A stretch of 48,390 nt of DNA from Octopus bimaculoides (taxonomy: Eukaryota): the NCBI RefSeq assembly GCF_001194135.2, contig NC_068999.1:26391778-26440167 (forward strand), read 5' to 3'. The position numbers and the translations under genes are program-made. Below, piece by piece: positions 22,457-34,924 of the stretch (positions are counted from its first letter, which is position 1; each line of letters starts with the position of its first letter). A model generated the notes under the pieces. The model was given only the letters and a program-made list of their open reading frames with translations, did not search any database and was not told the origin of the DNA.

Positions 22457-22489
22457 TATTAAAGAACTGTCATTCTTTTTCTTTGATAG

Positions 22490-22623
22490 GTATCATCCAA
22501 GAGTGTTATATATTGATATTGATATTCACCATGGAGATGGAGTTCAAGAAGCTTTTTATCTTACAGATCGTGTGATGACTGTATCATTTCACAGATATGG
22601 AAATTATTTTTTCCCTGGAACTG
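22490..22623 (+). CDS. HDAC3: HDAC3 coding exon 7 (134 bp)
   Basis: gatag|(K)[44 protein letters not shown](G)|gtaaat. Zn-binding DxH motif; YHPR, FYLTD and GNYFF distinguish HDAC3 from HDAC1/2. Confidence 0.98.
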
Positions 22624-23469
22624 GTAAATTTCAAGATATCTTAATTATTTGAAACTATAGAAAACTGTTTCAATAAAACCTATTTAGGAGTCTGTGCAAG
22701 TATTTAAAGTATTAAGCTCTAACTAAATGATAGAATGTTTTGTACAAGAAACACTAAGTACACCTAGACTCCATTGATTGAGTCACAGCTGCTGAAGATG
22801 ATAGACTGGAGGGTTGATAGTTTCTGTCCTACTACAAGCATTATTTTCTGTCTGACAAAACTATTTTAACTCCCACTCTTTCAATTCACTTAGATATAAT
22901 AATATTTATCATGCTTAGTACAGTTTACTATGGGATGTATTGTATTAAGAAATGTTTCCATTCCAATGCCAAATTCAACATGGTCTGTACTTCTGGTTTA
23001 TATTTGAGAGCTTACATTACTGGTTTGTTTAATCAACTCTAAATCTAAAAGAAATTCAATATAAATCAATTTGAGTTATAGTGAACTAAAGTGTAACAAA
23101 TTGGTTTTCTGTTTTCGAGTCAAATATTTATTTATTTCTTATGTGCAATTGTAGAAAAAGGAATTGAATTCTCCAAATGTTGCCAACCATGAAAGTATAT
23201 AACGTTAAAAATAATATTTTGTAAATATTATAATTTCACTTGTCATCACCGTGTTTACATTTATATTTAATATAAGTCAGAAGGGTTATCACAGTTCACA
23301 CCAGTTTATTCAGAGTTACTGCCCTTGATGACGAGTCATGGGGACGTGGGGGGGGGGCTATGTCTTGCTTACACACTCCATCTTAACTGTAAATATCTGA
23401 TATTTTAAATGAATTCTTTCTGAATAGCTGGAACATTTTTAACAAAACTGTAGGAAGGAGAAAAAAAGC

Positions 23470-25480
23470 ATAGCTAGGTTCTCCTATAACGTCAATCCTT
23501 TCCACATGGGATATATCCAAGAGAGCACGCCTTGCTAAACCTCTGACCAAAACCTAGTGGCAATATTTCTTGAACTCATGTGGCCACCATGTCCATCCCA
23601 AATGACAGCTCCAAAACAAGAGGCCTACGCTAGTCATCCTTCTGCTCACATGACCTCCCTTGCTCGTGTCCTTCTGGCAAGGCTCTTCTGCCATTTGTGC
23701 AATGTCATTGACACTACACTTCCAGCAAGGCCCCCCCTCCCAACCCCACATGCCCTCCCTGATCTCAAAGATCACTCTGTCACTTCACTCCATGTCAAAA
23801 TCCACTATTCACCTGGGCAGATGTCTCCTTTGCTGTGACCACCTTAGAGATGGAGCACTGCTCGCATCTTCTCTTCCTCTTTTGTTATCTGACAACTTGA
23901 TGATCCTGTGAACACCCAAGACCTGATGTGGCATTCCATCCATGGACCAGTTGTTTCAAAAATTCACAGCCATTGCTATTCCTTTTCTCCATTGAGATGT
24001 GTAGTGTGCATTTGGAGGATTGACCCAGACTTTGTCCTCTACCTGCTCGAAGGTAGGCTCTCTCTCTTCCTCAAGTCACTGTGATACCATATAAGGATGT
24101 TATTCATATCTGAATATTTCTCCGTGTGGCACCAATTCCTCAGCCTGTCCTGATCAAGATGACACATTATACCAAAGTACTGTCTCAGTTGATGAGATGT
24201 GTCCCCTCTCCGCCGTAGCCTTGATCTCAGGATGGTGTCTCTCCATGATCCCATTTCCACTCATCTTATACACCATTCTGAAGAAGCAGTTCACATTCCA
24301 CTTATCAAGCATTTCCTTCAGCACTGAGTGAAATGCATACCATTGTCCATCAGCAATTCACCCATAGGGCTCCAGGAATACCTCATTCAGGATTCATGCA
24401 ACTTCATCTGCAGTCCCTGTCTTGAATTCCCTCCATATTGCCATCTACCCCAGTCTGCAGTCAACCTTCAAGAGATACGTCCCCTGCTGGTAGTGCATCA
24501 CATCCACTACTGATTGTTTCCAGTTGTGTTCCACTGGGGTGTTTCTTGCTTCATGCACATCCAGAGTGGGGTTGATGGATTGACACCTGTCACAACTCCT
24601 GACCATTTTCTGAAAACTCTGTCAAGTAACACCAGAGTCAACTTTCCTAGCTAGGTACAGGGTCCTATCCACTCCCATATGATGCATAGCATGCAGTCCC
24701 CTCAGCTTTGTGTCGCTCAGCTGACACACTGCAGCTATTCCCTACTCCAAATCCTTGGGTACTTCCAACCAAGTTTTCTTCACCCTGGTTAGGCTGTCCA
24801 CCTTATTCCTTTCTGAAAGCACAATGACTGCACTCAACTTCAGACTGAATTCAGCAGGTAGCTCTCTCAAATTCCTACGGAGCACTTTATTTACATTTCT
24901 GCTGCCCCTTTCATTCATACTCTTCTCTCATTGGTGATCACTGATCTCGCCCATCCAAGCACAGTGGCTGAATTGGTTTGAATCTTGATAGTACACAACC
25001 TTTATTTCAGGACCTGATTCACTCCTTTCAGTACTGCATCCTATTCAGCCACATTGATGTGGTTGCAATCACCTGTTTTACTGATCCAGGTTGTGTCCTC
25101 CACCTCCACTCTCCTATCTTCAGAATGATCCCTTGATCTTCCGAATGTAGGTTATAACATCTCCCTCACCACAGTAGGGTCTGATGGCATCACTACTGAT
25201 GCTTATTTTTGTTGACCATCCAGAAAAGGGGAAAAATAAAAATGCTTGAAGGCTGAAGTAGCTTGCGGTATAGGGAAAAAATGTAGTTCACCTACCTTAC
25301 GAGTCTTCTTGTTACATTGATTATTTCAAGATGGGATATATCTGTGAGAGCCTTACCTGTCTAACCTCTGACCAGAACTTAGTGGCAAATTTCCTGAATT
25401 CTTATGGCTACAATGTCCATCACGAATGACAACCCCAGTGCAAAAGAGGTCCCTTCTGGCAAAGCCCTATGCTTCCAGCA
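23470..25480 (-). mobile_element. Internally deleted Ty3/Gypsy LTR retrotransposon (RNase H + integrase, two diverged LTRs)
   Basis: Minus strand gives AE*DAVLKGVN, TNSATVLGW, NKVDSLTRV (RNase H) and HAMHHMGVDRTLYLARK..CDRC, LMDNG, GIMERHH (integrase). LTR-like direct repeats at ~23470-23727 and ~25282-25480 both end cttccagca. Polypurine tract at ~23731-23746 on the minus strand. Confidence 0.8.
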
Positions 25481-25659
25481 TACACCCACTCAGCTCCACA
25501 AGAACTTTAGTAAAAATCAAAAATTATCTGTCTTTAAAATTAGTAACAAACTATAGCCTAAGTTGAGATACTGAAACCTGGTTACTCTTTATTTGAGTTA
25601 AAATTATTTTACTTGCATTCAGTGCAGTTATAATAGTTTCTGTTTTTTGATATTTTCAG

Positions 25660-25740
25660 GTGACATGTATGAATCAGGAGCAGAGAGTGGCAGGTACTAT
25701 TCAGTTAATGTCCCATTAAAAGAAGGAATTGATGATCAAA
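25660..25740 (+). CDS. HDAC3: HDAC3 coding exon 8 (81 bp)
   Basis: ttcag|(G)[26 protein letters not shown](T)|gtaagt. Confidence 0.97.
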
Positions 25741-25993
25741 GTAAGTCTGTAAACTGAACATCACTGTCTTTCTTGTGTCTCACTAAATACTTATTAATTT
25801 CTGTTTGAGTTAATGATTCTATTTTAAACAAGATATTTAATGTTATGGAACCATTATGTGTTTGTAATGTTATGTACATGATTCCCTTGTCTGTAACCTA
25901 ATTATTAATTTTACAGAGTTTCCATGATGAATCCATATCTTAATTGTTGAAGATTTACTAATAATCAAAAAGTAAATGTTTACTTCTTGTAAT

Positions 25994-26092
25994 ATCTTAA
26001 AAGATCTAGGCTTAGTCTATATATTATCAACTTTCTGCAAATTTATAACTATTTAAAACAATCTTGAATATATGTATCTTTCTTTATATTTA
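25994..26092 (+). repeat. Left copy of the 99-bp direct repeat flanking the RTE insertion
   Basis: Matches 29091-29189 without gaps, 9 mismatches in 99. Confidence 0.9.
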
Positions 26093-26111
26093 AAACAATT
26101 ATTTAAAACAA

Positions 26112-27560
26112 TTTTAATAGTAGTGTACCATGTTTTAGAAGTTCCACTGGGATGTTGTCTGAGCCAGAGGACTTCCGCTGCTTCATGTGGTTGAGGGCAA
26201 TCTGGTACTCTTCTTAGGATGGTGGTGTGTTCATCCAGTGTCAAGTTAGATGCATGGGTATGTTCTTCAAGAAGTCTTCCGCTGCATTGGAGTCTTGGTT
26301 CAGAAGACTTGAGAAGTGCTCTGTCCAGTGTTGAAGGATGTCTTGTGGGTCAGTCAGGATGGTGTTGGTGTCTCCTGATTGAAGAGACCCTGTTGATGAT
26401 ATCATGGGCCCAAAAAGTTCTTTTGTTCCTGCGTAGAAGCATCTGAAGTCATGAGCATCAGCATACCCCCTAGAGTTCAGCGGCTTTTTGTTGCCACTAG
26501 TTGTTCTGTATCTCTCTGAATTTTGTTTGGCATTGTCTTTTGAGGTCTTGATATCTCACCTTCTTGTGCTACACTCTTGGATTTTGCTCATGAGAGAGAC
26601 GGGTTTGCCATTATGCATTGATCAGCTGGCTGATTTCTTGATCATTGTTATCAAACCAGTCCTGATGTCTCCTTTTACTGTACCTGAGGGTGTTTTCAGC
26701 CACTTCAGTGATGGCTTTTCAAAGTGTGCTCCATTCCTTATCCATATCCTGGTTGTCAGATGGGATGAATTGAAGGTGTTTGAGAATGGAAGATGCATAA
26801 AGGGAGCTGATCTCTGGGTTGTTAAGCTTTGATATGTCAAATTTTCTTCTGACTGGTTTTGTTTTTCCAGTCTGGTTTGTTGTTATCCATTATTTGAAGG
26901 CGGGTGATGACTAGACGATGGTCTATCCAGCAATTGTTAACGCTGTTAGCTGTTTGCATGATGAGGACGTTCCTTTTGTCTCATTGTCAGATGAAGGAGT
27001 AGTCCAGGAGGTGCCAGTGTTTTGACCTGGGGTGCTTGCAGGTGGTCTTGAAGTGATTTGGGAGTCAAAATTGGGTGTTGGTGATGTAGGGAGAGTGTTT
27101 AGCGCATAGGCCAAGGAGCAAGAGTCCATCTTCATTGCAGTTTCCGACTCTTTCTTTGTTAATAACATTCTGCTGTAGTCTGTTGTTGCTCCCCACTCTT
27201 GCATTGAAATCCCTAAGGAGGAAGAGCTTGTCATTTGGTGATACATTGAGGATCAAGTCACTCAGCTGTTGGTAGAAGGTGTTTTTCACATTGTCATTGA
27301 CATCCAGTGAAAGTACGTGAGCAGAGATCACTGTCATAAAAGTGGTAGCAGAGATTGGTATTCGGAGAGTCATAAGCCATTCATTGATGGCAAAAGGTTT
27401 CTGATGGTGTTCCTTCACGAGCTTGGATTTTATAGCAAAAGCAGTTCCATGAATTTTTCTCTCTCCTTCTTTCTCTTTCCAGAAGAACCTGGAACCTATC
27501 TCTTCAGTCTTTCTATTAAACACCAGTCTGTTCACATTAATTCTCCAAATGTAGAAGAAC
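26112..27560 (-). mobile_element. Inverted 5' segment of an RTE (BovB-like) LINE: APE endonuclease + linker
   Basis: EEIGSRFFWK, GTAFAIKSKL, LMTLRIP, RDFNARVG, GNCNEDGLLLLGLC, then HWTEHFSSLLN and KSSGSDNIPVELLKHG at the left end. Confidence 0.88.
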
Positions 27561-27564
27561 TACC

Positions 27565-29090
27565 ATGTTTCTAAAAACCTCAAAAATGCTGTTATCATCA
27601 CCATCTTCAAAAAAGGAGGTAGAAAGATCTGTGGGAACTATCATGGCATCTCACTGCTCTCCACCACAGGGAAAATCTTTGCAAGGCTCCTTCTGGATCA
27701 TCTCCAAGTCATCGCGGATTAAGTCGTACCTGGATCACGATGTGGATTTCAATTATCCACCGGGACAACTGACCTTGACAAATACAAGAAAAGAGTAGAG
27801 AACAACAAAAACCTCTCTGTTTTGTTTTCTATGACCTCAAAAAGGCCTTTGATACCATCCCAGGGCCTGCAATGTGGAAAGTCATCCAACGTTTTGACTG
27901 CCCCCATTAGTTCGTTTCCCTAGTACAGGGATTATATGATGGAACCATCTTCCATCAAAACCAACTGTCTGAAGACTTCCCCATCACTGCAAGATTAAAA
28001 CAAGGATGTTTTTCTCCCTGCACCCTTGCAGCAATGTTTCAGGAACTGCCTTCGGACAATCCAGGAGTCAAGATTAGGTACCAATATAATGGCAGATGTT
28101 TCAACCAGATTGAAGTCATGAAGACTGACCGGGAAGCAAAAGATTACTCCAGTGAACAGCTTTAACAATTGGTGAATAACTTCACCAATGCTTACACTCG
28201 GTTTGGCCTAAAAGTCAACATCAAAAAGACAAAAATCCTGGCACAACTCATGCTAAGTCGGGAAACTCCAGACCTCAACATTACCATTTTGGAGACACCA
28301 CTGGAGGAAGTCAACTGCTTTTCATACTTAGGAAGTTTGCTTTCAAACAAGTGCAGATCGGAAAAGGATGTGGGCAACTGATTAAGAGCGGCTCACACCG
28401 TGTTTGGTGAACTTGCATCTGAACCACCAAACAAAATTGAGTGTCTACCAAGCAGTCATGATCTCCATTCTCCTCTACAATTGTGAAACTTGGACTCTTT
28501 ACCAAAGTGATGTAAAAAAACTAGAGCGATTTCACCAACAGAATCTCTGCTCTATTATGAATATGAAATGGAATGACTCTGACTGATGTTTCAATTCTGG
28601 AGAGAATGAAAAGCAGTAGTGTTGAGGCCACCATCCTGAAATATTGTCTGAGATGGACGGGCCACATAGCAAGAATGAAAGAGACCAGGCTGCCTTCTCA
28701 AATTTTATATGGTGAACTTACCACCGGAAAAAGACTCCATGGCTGTCCCTTCCATTGGTTCAAGGACCAGCTGAAGCAAAGCCTACAACTGACTGGAATT
28801 GATTCCAAAGCCTGGGACATTGAAGTTCATGATAGGCCCAGCTGATATCATTCCATCTCCATTGTGACAGAACATTTTGAAGCTGAACGACAGAGAAAAG
28901 AAGAGAAACGACAAGAAAGAAAATGGAGGATGCAACAATCAAAGCCTCCTCCATGGATTCCTTGTGAACTTTGCAATAGACGTTTCCATGCAAGAATCAG
29001 CATCTTTAGTCATCAGAGGCATAAACACGGACAAAGGGGAAGAAGCCAAATAAATTATTGGGCACACGATAAAACACAGACAACAACATC
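27565..29090 (+). mobile_element. Sense 3' segment of the same RTE LINE: RT + C2H2 finger + tail
   Basis: KNAVIITIFKKG, NYHGISLLS, YDLKKAFDTI, LKQGC, GLKVNIKKTK, FSYLGS, LLYNCETW, LRWTGHIARM and CELCNRRFHARISIFSHQRHKH. YADD is not recognisable (deleted). Confidence 0.9.
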
Positions 29091-29189
29091 ATCTTAAAAG
29101 ATCTTGACTTGCTCTATATATTATCAACTTCCTGCAAATTTATGATAATTTAAAACAATTTTGAATATATGTATCTTTCTTTATATTTA
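29091..29189 (+). repeat. Right copy of the 99-bp direct repeat
   Basis: Begins immediately after the RTE 3' tail (...cagacaacaacatc). Confidence 0.9.
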
Positions 29190-30016
29190 CATTGTATTTG
29201 TTTTATGGTTTCCTGATAATATTTAAAATTTTTGAAAATACAGTTTAAAATCTTATGTTAGAAATATATCTAATAAACTGTATAATAAACTGTTGTATGA
29301 AGCAAACCTCACCTTTTTACTTATAAAGACTTACAGTTTTGTAAGAAAGTAGTTTAGTACATTTAATATTTCTTATGAATTTCTGAGTTTTATTGTACAG
29401 TTTAATATGCCCAATCAGGAATTATTTTGCACAAATGAAGGATTAAGAAGAAAGTACTATTTTTATGACAAGATTAATTAAGATTGGTAGAGCCTATTTC
29501 CTTCTAATGGAAATGTATATATATGTGAAATATAACTAACAAAACACGTAAAGTGAGAAAATTTGGTAATAAATTACCTTGCTAAGAGTTTACAACCTTG
29601 TCTTTTACTAGCTTAGTAATAATAAAATAGAATGGAATTATTTAATGGTTACATATATATCAGGGTCATCTACAGACTCTCTACAGGATGCTAGAAATAT
29701 ATTATACTGTTGTAGAAATAGAGATATTTAAACTTTTACAAACTGATTATAACAGTGATACTTCTTGATCAGTTACAGTATATAAGGAAAAGTTAAATGG
29801 AAGGATAGGAGTCTGAGATGAAGAAGTTATTGAAATGATAATGTTAGAATTAGCAGAAGATGGATTCTTCACTTGAGTTATTATAAGTTGGAAGCTCTTG
29901 CAAGGTTGAAACTTTGCTAATAATAGAAACAAAGTACTATATATGGGTTGACCAAAACTATAGCCGCCTCTCTTATTACAGAAATTTAGAATTCTCTATT
30001 TCATTCTTTCTTCTAG

Positions 30017-30090
30017 CATATATGCAGGTCTTTAAGCCTGTAATACAAGCTGTCATGGAGAGCTATCGACCAACATGTGTTGTTTTACAA
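30017..30090 (+). CDS. HDAC3: HDAC3 coding exon 9 (74 bp)
   Basis: tctag|(T)YMQVFKPVIQAVMESYRPTCVVLQ|gtaaga. Frame is continuous with exon 8. Confidence 0.95.
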
Positions 30091-30237
30091 GTAAGATATA
30101 ACATTAATTTATATATAATTAATTTCATTGTGAATATTTTACATTTGAGAATGTAAGAAAGAAAATTATCAGAATTGTTTTTAATGTTGGTTATTATTTT
30201 AGAAAAAAAAAATTTCAATTTCTCTCACTTGATTAAG

Positions 30238-30600
30238 TATCATCATCATCATCATCATCGTCATCATCATTGTTTAATGTCATCCACTTTCCATACTGGC
30301 ATGGGTTGGACGGTTTGACTTGGAGCTGTTCAGACTCCAACTATATGTTGTGGCATGGTTTCTACAGTTGGATGCCCTTCTTAATGCCAACTACATAACA
30401 GAGTGTGCTGGGTGCTTTTTACATGCCATTGGCATGGGTGCATTTACACAGCACTGGTATGGGTGCTTTTTAAGTGACACCAGCACCTGAAAGGAAAAGC
30501 TTGTACATGTGGGAGACAGCGATTTTTACTTTGCTTGATGTATCTTATCAAGTATAGCAAATTGCCACATCTCCTGATCCCTTGCCATTTCCTCAGTGAG
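30238..30600 (-). mobile_element. RTE 3' tail, antisense
   Basis: (cat)n then ttgtttaatgtcatccactttccatactggcatgggttggacgg. Confidence 0.75.
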
Positions 30601-30794
30601 AAAAATATTAAACTAGCATGGAAGAAAAAATATTTAAACTGATTATTATCATCATGCTCATTGCATACAGCATATATTTTATTAATTTTTATACTAGGAA
30701 ATTTCGAATGGTTCAACAAATAAACCTTTTGAAAATTATTTTTGTGTTTTAATTAATTTTTCTTTATAGTAGATTTTCTCATAGTTATTCTACA

Positions 30795-30851
<57 letters not shown>

Positions 30852-31067
30852 GGGTTCAGGCATGGCTGTGGTGTGGTTAAGAATTTCACATTAATTTTTT
30901 GGTTCTGGCTTCACTTCCACTGCACACTGGTTTAGCTACATGTTTTAACCTCAGGTTGATCTATGCTATGGGAGTCAAATTGAGTTGACTGAAGACTATC
31001 AGATGAATTGTATCTATTCTTGAATTCTGGACTTAATTCATTTCCTAGTTTAAACTAGGTCTAGGAT

Positions 31068-31410
31068 GCAGAGGACTTGAGGAAACTGGAAAGAAATGAA
31101 TTGAGTATGCTCTGTTGGATGTGCAATGTAAGTGTGCATGAATGACATAGAACAAATGTGCTGAGATAAAATCTAGGCATAGAAGGAATCAGATATAGAG
31201 CACAAAAAAAAAAAAAGACTGCACTTGTATGATCATGCAATGTGAATAATGAGGATAACTGTATAAAGAAATGCTAATCACTTAATGTGGGCGGACTTTA
31301 CAGAAGAAGGAGGCCCAGAAAGATATGGGACAAAGTGGTGGAGGCTGATCTTAGGCTCGAACCCTATAAAAGAGGTGACAAGAGACTAGAATGACTGGTG
31401 AGATGTTGCA
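31068..31410 (+). mobile_element. RTE RT C-terminal fragment
   Basis: EDLRKLERNELSMLCWMCNVSV...RRRPRKIWDKVVEADL. Confidence 0.75.
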
Positions 31411-32679
31411 CAGATTTTCTCAAGTATATAGATGCATAACTGGGCCCTTCATCCAATTTCTTCCCCAAGACACTTCCACCACCCTTCATCTTTCTAATTA
31501 CAGCTGTTTTTTTATCACTAATTTATCTTACTACCAGGAACCATTTCACTTGATATTCATATTTCTTACAAATACTGTCCTCTCTGCACACATTTTACAT
31601 TGTCCATCCTTTCACCTTCAGGCCAGCAAATTATCTCTCCTCTACCATTGTAAATCTCTTACTGTCCTTATTCACTATGCTTGCCTTTTTCTCTTTCTCA
31701 CTCAATCTTCCCTGTCTACTGTATCACCAGTACTATTTTGCTGCTCTTCACCCCCATGTGTCTCTGGTCAATCCCCATCCCTAATCCACCATTCACTACA
31801 TTCTCTCCTTAACATTTGTTCTTCATTCACTGCATCCATCCCTCAATACTTGTTTTTCATTCATTATATACACCTCTCGGCCATCCCTCATCTCTCTCTC
31901 TCTCACCTATACACACTTGCAACATCTGCTCGTCTACACTCCAAATCCTTCTGTCACCCCTCTTATTCACATTGTACCTCAAGGGTCCACCCAGATACCT
32001 CATCATCAGTACTTTTATCTTTTTCCAGCTCCATACCAGTTATCCTCTCTTCTAAATTGTGAGTAGCCATGTGGTCCCTCTAAAGCAAGAAACCCATTCT
32101 GTCCTGGTCCCTTCTCTCAGATCTTAAACCCTGTATCACCTAACATGAAACTACATCTCTCAGGCTTCACAAACATGCATCCCAAATATGAAGTATCTCC
32201 AGTCAATTAAAACAAGCTGGCCGTTGACAATGTTATCTCTATTACTATCAAATATGTACTACAGAACTAGCATCTATCCTCATCAAATTCATCAGGTACA
32301 CTCTCTCTCTCTCTCTTCAAAGAGATATCCACATCTTTGAAAACACACTACAGTGCCTCATTCTCATCAAAGACACTGCTTCTTCTGATTACTATTCTGT
32401 TGCACTCATGTTAAATATAACAAAGGTAATGGAAACAGACCTTAACGAAAACTGTTGCTACATTTTGAGTCTCTATCCTTTCTTAAAGACCATAAATAAA
32501 ATACTTACTATATCACTCACCACCACAGTTGTCACATTGTCTCTTGGATCTTTGGCTTCCTGTCAGATTTCATCATTGTGGTGTGTACCAATGTGCACGT
32601 GTGTGTGCATGCACATGCATGTGCCTGTCTTTCTATCTATCTCTGTCTGTATACACATATAGAAGACATACACAGATAT

Positions 32680-32723
<44 letters not shown>

Positions 32724-32779
32724 GGTAAATGAAAGACAGAAGATGGAATATACGAGAATTTTAATTATTAATCATGACA

Positions 32780-33150
32780 ATTGTTTTGACACATCTAGTG
32801 TCAGTCCCTCACAGGTGGGACACTTGACAACCGGTTCAGGAGCATCTGGTGGTGCAGATGTGTCTCATTGGTTGATAAATAGATACAGTTTATTAAAATA
32901 AAAGTTCCGCAATGTATCTTCTCATTTCGTATGAAGAAAAGCAGCAAAATGAAGAAAATACCTTCATTTATATAGAAGATCAAAAATAAAATCACAGATG
33001 CAAAAAAGAAATGAACATGCCATACATTGAGAAAAGTCTTAAAAATAACTGTTAACAAATATGGATGTATAAACACCCTTGTGCAAGCTGCATGGTGCAT
33101 GTACACTTGCTAATACAAGCATCCGCGAAAATGTAAGCATACGCACATGT
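32780..33150 (-). mobile_element. Putative Penelope-like 3' end/pseudo-LTR with a decayed hammerhead motif (copy 1)
   Basis: Homologous to 34925-35290. Minus strand reads tcaac-caatgag-acacatctg caccac cagatg-ctcc-tgaaccggt. Confidence 0.5.
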
Positions 33151-33829
33151 GTGGTTTGATGCACTCACGACCACAAAGCGAGTTAAATAGCAACTTGGTA
33201 TTTATGAGAATGGGTATGTTAAAGCTGAACTTAATTCATCCATACCTTAAAGTAAATTATGTTAACAGTTACTCAAATTCATTCCCACTGCATTGTGCGA
33301 AAGTAAATCTATATGCATGTAGGCATCTTGAGAGTTTTTCAGAAATTCTATTAATGATCTTCTCATTGGTTCACAGAATAGACAGGGATTCCTTGGAGCA
33401 GAATTCGCATCTCCTGGAAATGATATTGTATGGTTTTGCATGCCTTACTGTGGTACTTAATTTTATCTTTCTTCAGTCACCATACAAAATCAGCCAAAGA
33501 TGTTATATGTCCCTTATTGATTCTCTTGAAGCTGGCGACATGGTTGTGATAACAATTCTTAAATGAATCAGCCATCTGCTTTATGTAAACATTGTGTGCA
33601 TGGTACATTTACATTCAAGATTTGTACTCATACAAAGGTTAATCAATGGGCATTTTAATTTTTCTCTGCATGAGCATTTATCATATTTATATATGGCAGT
33701 TCTAACTTCATTTTCGGAAGTTGTTTCCATGTTAGTTATATCATAAGCATTTCTACTATTACAATTTGACCATGATTGGTGCTTTTATATATATACTGAA
33801 GGACGATCTCCGGATGCTGAACCTCTCAG

Positions 33830-34430
33830 ACAAGATATCAAAGGACCGAGATACCTGGTGCCTTGCTGTACTCAAGAAGACCCGTCCTCCACAGCAGAAG
33901 TGTTATGGTCACTCACCCTGGTAAAGAGGATTGGCCTGCAAGAGTCATGTGTTGGTGCCATGTTAAAAGCACTCGTACAAGTGAGACATACTGGTACATG
34001 TGTGGTGTCATGTTAAAAGCATCCAACCATAGAAACCAAACTAAATCAGACTAGAACTTGGTGCAGCTCTAGTCAAATCATCCAACTCGTACTAGCATGG
34101 AAAATGGACATTGAAGGATGGTGATGATGATAATGATCTCATACATATCATCATCATTTAATGTCCATGTTCCATGCTGGCATGGGTTGATGGTTTGACA
34201 AGGATCTGATGGGTCTGAGGACTACATCATGTTCCAATGTCTACTTTGGCTTGGTTTCTATTGATAGATGCCCTTCTTAACATGAACTTTTTTGTGCCAC
34301 CTGCACTATTGAAGTCATCATATTGCTTACAAATCTACAAAACCAAGGAGGCGGGGATGTTGTATCTTGATGTTAGATGGGAATTAAAATACAAGAGAAG
34401 AGGTTGGAGTAGAGCAGGTTCTCTCTCCTA
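33830..34430. mobile_element. Two RTE 3' tail fragments, tail-to-tail (+ 33830-34140; - 34145-34430)
   Basis: ccaactcgtactagcatggaaaatggacattg..(gat)n, then (cat)n ttaatgtccatgttccatgctggcatgggttg. Confidence 0.7.
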
Positions 34431-34792
34431 AATGGGTACTTACATTTAGGAGAGAGTAAGAGAACAGGTGGTATCTTGAAAGAGATAATTAGTGGTTGTG
34501 AGTTGTCCAGGTGGTACCTCAAGGTATAAAATGAGTAGTAGTGAGTAGGGGTTGCAAGAGTGTATGGGAGAAGAGAGGGGAAATAGGAGGGAGGCAGGCA
34601 ACATCTGTAAAGATTGGGAAGGGTTGAGGGAAATATATCTATATATTTGTGTCTATCTATCTGTCTGTCTGTCTGTGTGTGTGTATATATATATATATGG
34701 TGTACATATATATATTGGTGTCTGTTAGCAAGTGCACTACTCTTTTTGTAGATTTTATTATATATATATATGTATCTGTGAGTGTGTATGTA

Positions 34793-34844
<52 letters not shown>

Positions 34845-34924
34845 TATAGATATATATTTGATTAATGAGAGAGACAGATGATGGAAGATACAAGAAAATT
34901 TATTGATCACTATAATTGTTCTGA

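Noticed and set aside
31391-32062. 223-aa ORF
   Set aside because: Low-complexity Leu/Ser/His translation of a pyrimidine-rich strand with no recognisable domain or splice context.
32845-32870. GGAD peptide as HDAC3 exon 10 (CGADSLG)
   Set aside because: No acceptor site, the downstream residues do not match, and it lies in a two-copy repeat.
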